A stretch of 64,000 nucleotides of DNA from Steroidobacteraceae bacterium (lineage in GTDB: Bacteria; Pseudomonadota; Gammaproteobacteria; Steroidobacterales; Steroidobacteraceae). Shown one piece after another: positions 61,667-64,000 of the stretch. Each line of letters opens with the position of its first letter. Positions within the stretch are counted from its first letter, which is position 1. The notes beneath the pieces are model-generated. The model had not been told where the DNA came from and searched no databases. It worked only from the letters and a program-made list of their open reading frames with translations. The stretch is taken from NCBI GenBank assembly GCA_016844605.1, contig JAENJD010000008.1, positions 6,602 through 70,601 on the forward strand, written 5' to 3'. The position numbers and the translations under genes are program-made.

Positions 61667-62119
61667 TCACAACGAAAGCGATCCCAGTTCCGCCGGCAAC
61701 GAGACCGACGGTTCTTCGCCGTTCAACCATTGCTCGCGACGCTCGTCCCAACGCTGCTCGTCCCACAATTCGAAACGATTGCCCTGGCCGATCAGGATCG
61801 CGTTGCGTTCAAGGTGCGCGAACTCGCGCAGCTTCGGCGGCAGCAGCAGGCGGCCGTGTCCGTCGAGCTCGATGTCCGTCGCGTGGCCGACCATCAGTCG
61901 TTGCAGACGCCGCGCGTGTTCATTCAGCGTCGGCAGCCGCATCAACTTGCGTTCGATTTCTTCCCAATCGGGCAATGGATAAATCAGCAGGCATTGATCG
62001 CGATCGATCGTCACGACCAGCCGTGATTCGCCGCGCTGCTGCAGCTCTTCGCGATAGCGGGTCGGAATGACCATCCGCCCCTTCGCATCGAGGGTGACCT
62101 TGGTTGCGCCGCGAAACAC
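61667..62119 (-). CDS. mraZ: transcriptional regulator MraZ
   Basis: The GTG start (comp. 62117-62119) gives the canonical [19 protein letters not shown]. The second half-domain is [11 protein letters not shown]. The track's upstream ATG (62164) would translate through the MraZ operator repeats. Confidence 0.92.
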   Translation of the reverse strand: MFRGATKVTLDAKGRMVIPTRYREELQQRGESRLVVTIDRDQCLLIYPLPDWEEIERKLMRLPTLNEHARRLQRLMVGHATDIELDGHGRLLLPPKLREFAHLERNAILIGQGNRFELWDEQRWDERREQWLNGEEPSVSLPAELGSLSL

Positions 62120-62138
62120 GGTTCTAAACGGGACGAGG

Positions 62139-62173
62139 TCCCATTTCCTCCCACTTTTTCCCACTCGCTGCCA
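62139..62173 (-). promoter_or_regulatory. MraZ operator: direct TGGGA repeats at 10-nt spacing
   Basis: The minus strand reads TGGCAgcgagTGGGAaaaagTGGGAggaaaTGGGA. This is three perfect pentamers and one degenerate pentamer, exactly 10 nt apart, between the -10 and the mraZ start. Confidence 0.6.
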
Positions 62174-62201
62174 CTATAGGCAGGCAATGGGGGTGGGTCA
62201 A
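62173..62201 (-). promoter_or_regulatory. sigma-70 promoter of the dcw cluster (Pmra-like)
   Basis: The minus strand reads TTGACC-N17-TATAGT, immediately upstream of the MraZ repeats. Confidence 0.55.
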
Positions 62202-62348
62202 CAACAATCAGTGAAAAATAGTGTGACGGCTCAGGTACTTAGCGACGATCGCGGCGTCCCACACTGAACTCGCGGGAGCACCCGGAAATCAGCGGCTTAC
62301 GAGCCGCACCTACAGCGACTTATCAGGTCTTTCGGTTTTTTTGATAAC

Positions 62349-62732
62349 AGATGGGAGTCGGCCGATAAGCCGGGTTCTGTCGTGGGCAACCATTCATCTG
62401 GGATGCACGTCGCCGTGCACCTCGAGCAGCCTACCCGGAAGCACGCGCGGGTCGCGCGCTGCGGCTTGCGCCGCATGCTTCCCTATTTGGCCTTGCTCCA
62501 GGCGGGGTTTGCCGTGCCGTCGCCGTTGTGCCGTCGCCGTTGCCGTCGACGCGGTGCGCTCTTACCGCACCATTTCACCCTTGCCGTCGTGCTTGCGCAC
62601 GCTTGGGCGGTTTGCTTTCTGTTGCACTTTCCGTGGGCTCACGCCCCCCAGGCGTTACCTGGCGCCGTACCCTCTGGAGCCCGGACTTTCCTCCGTTTTC
62701 GCTAGAAAACGGCGGTTGCCTGGCCGACTCCC
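62349..62732 (-). ncRNA. rnpB: RNase P RNA, bacterial type A
   Basis: The minus strand reads GGGAGUCGGCCAGGCAACCGCC...GGAGGAAAGUCCGGGCUCCAGAGGG...GCCAGGUAACGCCUGGGGGG...CCCACGGAAAGUGCAACAGAAAGCAAACCGCC...GGUGCGGUAAGAGCGCACC...GGAGCAAGGCCAAAUAGGG...CACGACAGAACCCGGCUUAUCGGCCGACUCCCAUCU. All universally conserved blocks are present, and the P1 5'/3' ends pair. Confidence 0.92.
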
Positions 62733-62738
62733 GCCACC

Positions 62739-62767
62739 AACATAGTGGCAACGGCCACGCGCCTCAA
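62739..62767 (-). promoter_or_regulatory. candidate sigma-70 promoter of rnpB
   Basis: The minus strand reads TTGAGG-N17-TATGTT, with the predicted RNA 5' end 7 nt downstream. The -35 overlaps the rsmI stop codon. Confidence 0.45.
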
Positions 62768-63612
62768 GCGGAATCGCCGCGCTTCGCCTTGCCGAGTTCG
62801 AGCGCGCGCGCATAGGCCTCGTTTTTGCGCACGCCGCTCAATTCTGCCGCCGCCTCCGCTGCCATGGATGGCGGCAGGAAACGCAGCAATACCGCAAGTG
62901 TTTCATCGAGCCGGCCCGCGCTCACAGGCTCAGCCTCTGCGCCTTCGACGATGATCACGGACTCCCCGCGGCGCAAATCCTCGTCGCTTTGCGCGCGCGC
63001 GACGAGTTCGTCCAGGCTGCCGCGATAGAAGGACTCGAATTTCTTGGTCAATTCGCGCGCGATGCAGGCGTGGCGCGCACCGCCGCAGGCCGCGGCGATG
63101 TCCACAAGACTCGCGGCGATGCGATGCGGCGCCTCGTAGATCACGAATGTGCGCGGGTCGCTGGCGAGTTCAGTCAGCCGCCGCCGTCGCGCCGCTGCGC
63201 GCGCGGGCAAAAAACCCTCGAAACAGAAGCGGTCACTGGGGAGCCCGGCGGCGGACAGCGCAGCGATCGCAGCACACGCCCCCGGTATCGGCGAAACGAC
63301 GATTCCGGCCGCAAGCGCTGCACGCAGCAGCTGATAGCCGGGATCGCTGACGAGCGGCGTGCCGGCGTCGCTGATGAGCGCGACGCTCTCGCCCGCGCGC
63401 AGGCGCTGGACCAGTTCGGTCGCACGGGCGCGTTCATTATGTTCGTGCAGCGACAGCAACGGCCGTTCCAGCCCCAGCCCCCGCAGGAACTGGGAGCTGT
63501 GCCGCGTGTCCTCGGCGGCGACCACGCTGACAGCAGCGAGAATTTCACGCGCTCGCGCCGAAATGTCGCCCATGTTGCCGATTGGCGTCGCGACCACGTA
63601 AAGGACACCCAT
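62764..63612 (-). CDS. rsmI: 16S rRNA (cytidine1402-2'-O)-methyltransferase
   Basis: The ORF begins at MGVLYVVATPIGNMGDISARAREIL...AAEDTRHS (ATG comp. 63610-63612) and contains SDAGTPLVSDPG. The track ORF extends artificially to 63777. Confidence 0.93.
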   Translation of the reverse strand: MGVLYVVATPIGNMGDISARAREILAAVSVVAAEDTRHSSQFLRGLGLERPLLSLHEHNERARATELVQRLRAGESVALISDAGTPLVSDPGYQLLRAALAAGIVVSPIPGACAAIAALSAAGLPSDRFCFEGFLPARAAARRRRLTELASDPRTFVIYEAPHRIAASLVDIAAACGGARHACIARELTKKFESFYRGSLDELVARAQSDEDLRRGESVIIVEGAEAEPVSAGRLDETLAVLLRFLPPSMAAEAAAELSGVRKNEAYARALELGKAKRGDSA

Positions 63613-63682
63613 TTGCGCCACTATAATGTTCCTCCCCCACCGCACCGTGCGGCCGGGTGATCCTCGCCAAGGGCCGCCGCCG

Positions 63683-64000
63683 ATGCAAGTGAATGTCAGC
63701 GTACTCAGAAATCTCGCCATGACCTGCGCACTAGTCTGGCTGTGCGCAGCCTGCCAAATCGCCGACCGGCTGGGCACCTCGGAGGCTGGATCGGAGCGCG
63801 CCGGCCGCCAGTCGCGCCAGGGTGATCACGCGGCAGCTGCCAGGAGCTACGAAGCGGCGACACGCAGCGCGCCCGTGGACGGACGGAATTCCTTGTGGCT
63901 GGCCGCCGCGACCGAATGGCTGGCCGCCAACGACGCCGGCGCGGCCCACAATGCGATCGGCATGCTGGCGCCACCGATCTCGGCAGCGGATGCGCGCGAA
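63683..64000 (+). CDS. putative lipoprotein, N-terminal 106 codons (LpoA-like by position); runs off the window end
   Basis: This open frame from ATG 63683 reads MQVNVSVLRNLAMTCALVWLCAACQIADR...GDHAAAARSYEAA...WLAAATEWLAAND. It has a signal peptide with a Cys and is divergent from rsmI, as lpoA (yraM) is in E. coli and Pseudomonas. The assignment is positional only. Confidence 0.45.
   Translation, partial: MQVNVSVLRNLAMTCALVWLCAACQIADRLGTSEAGSERAGRQSRQGDHAAAARSYEAATRSAPVDGRNSLWLAAATEWLAANDAGAAHNAIGMLAPPISAADARE

Noticed and set aside
62341-62815. ORFs of 134, 107 and 95 aa on the plus strand.
   Set aside because: They overlap the RNase P RNA gene in antisense. The region is fully explained by rnpB.

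Overview
This is a visibly GC-rich chromosomal core segment with gammaproteobacterial, Pseudomonas/Xanthomonas-like gene order. I support about 58 protein genes plus RNase P RNA.

Gene order, left to right:
- Minus-strand operon: crotonase, pncC, thpR, recA, recX, alaS. alaS is cut by the window start.
- mutS on the plus strand.
- Minus-strand run: fmdB-like, aspS, alpha/beta hydrolase, sulfatase-like membrane protein, 82-aa membrane peptide, methyltransferase fusion.
- clpB, a ZIP transporter, pgeF and rluD, with bamD divergent from rluD.
- A disrupted glutamine-dependent nadE, then sucDC.
- A complete co-directional type IV pilus locus, pilS-pilR-pilA-pilB-pilC-pilD, followed by coaE-zapD-yacG.
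- A divergent pair of secreted S9 prolyl peptidases.
- mutT(fusion)-secA, an M23 peptidase, dciA-like, and lpxC.
- The full dcw cluster from mraZ to ftsZ.
- rnpB, rsmI and a partial lpoA-like gene at the window end.

I found no rRNA, tRNA, CRISPR array, transposase, integrase, phage gene or recognisable defence or toxin-antitoxin gene. I see no convincing novel system.

The only accessory-looking block is the uncharacterised hydrolase / sulfatase-like / small peptide / methyltransferase module at 7967-11887.

Other points worth a second look:
- A frame-breaking internal deletion in nadE.
- A frameshift in a G4 run at the pilC start.
- A 254-bp nested inverted-repeat element between bamD and nadE.
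- A recurring AAAAGGGGACGC hairpin element on both sides of the peptidase pair.
- A 14-nt tandem duplication inside rnpB.
- Several readable promoters and operators: sigma-54/PilR at pilA, Pmra with MraZ boxes, and sigma-32 at clpB.

The many long ORFs antisense to real genes are GC-content artefacts. All coordinates were counted by hand, and starts may be off where alternative start codons exist.
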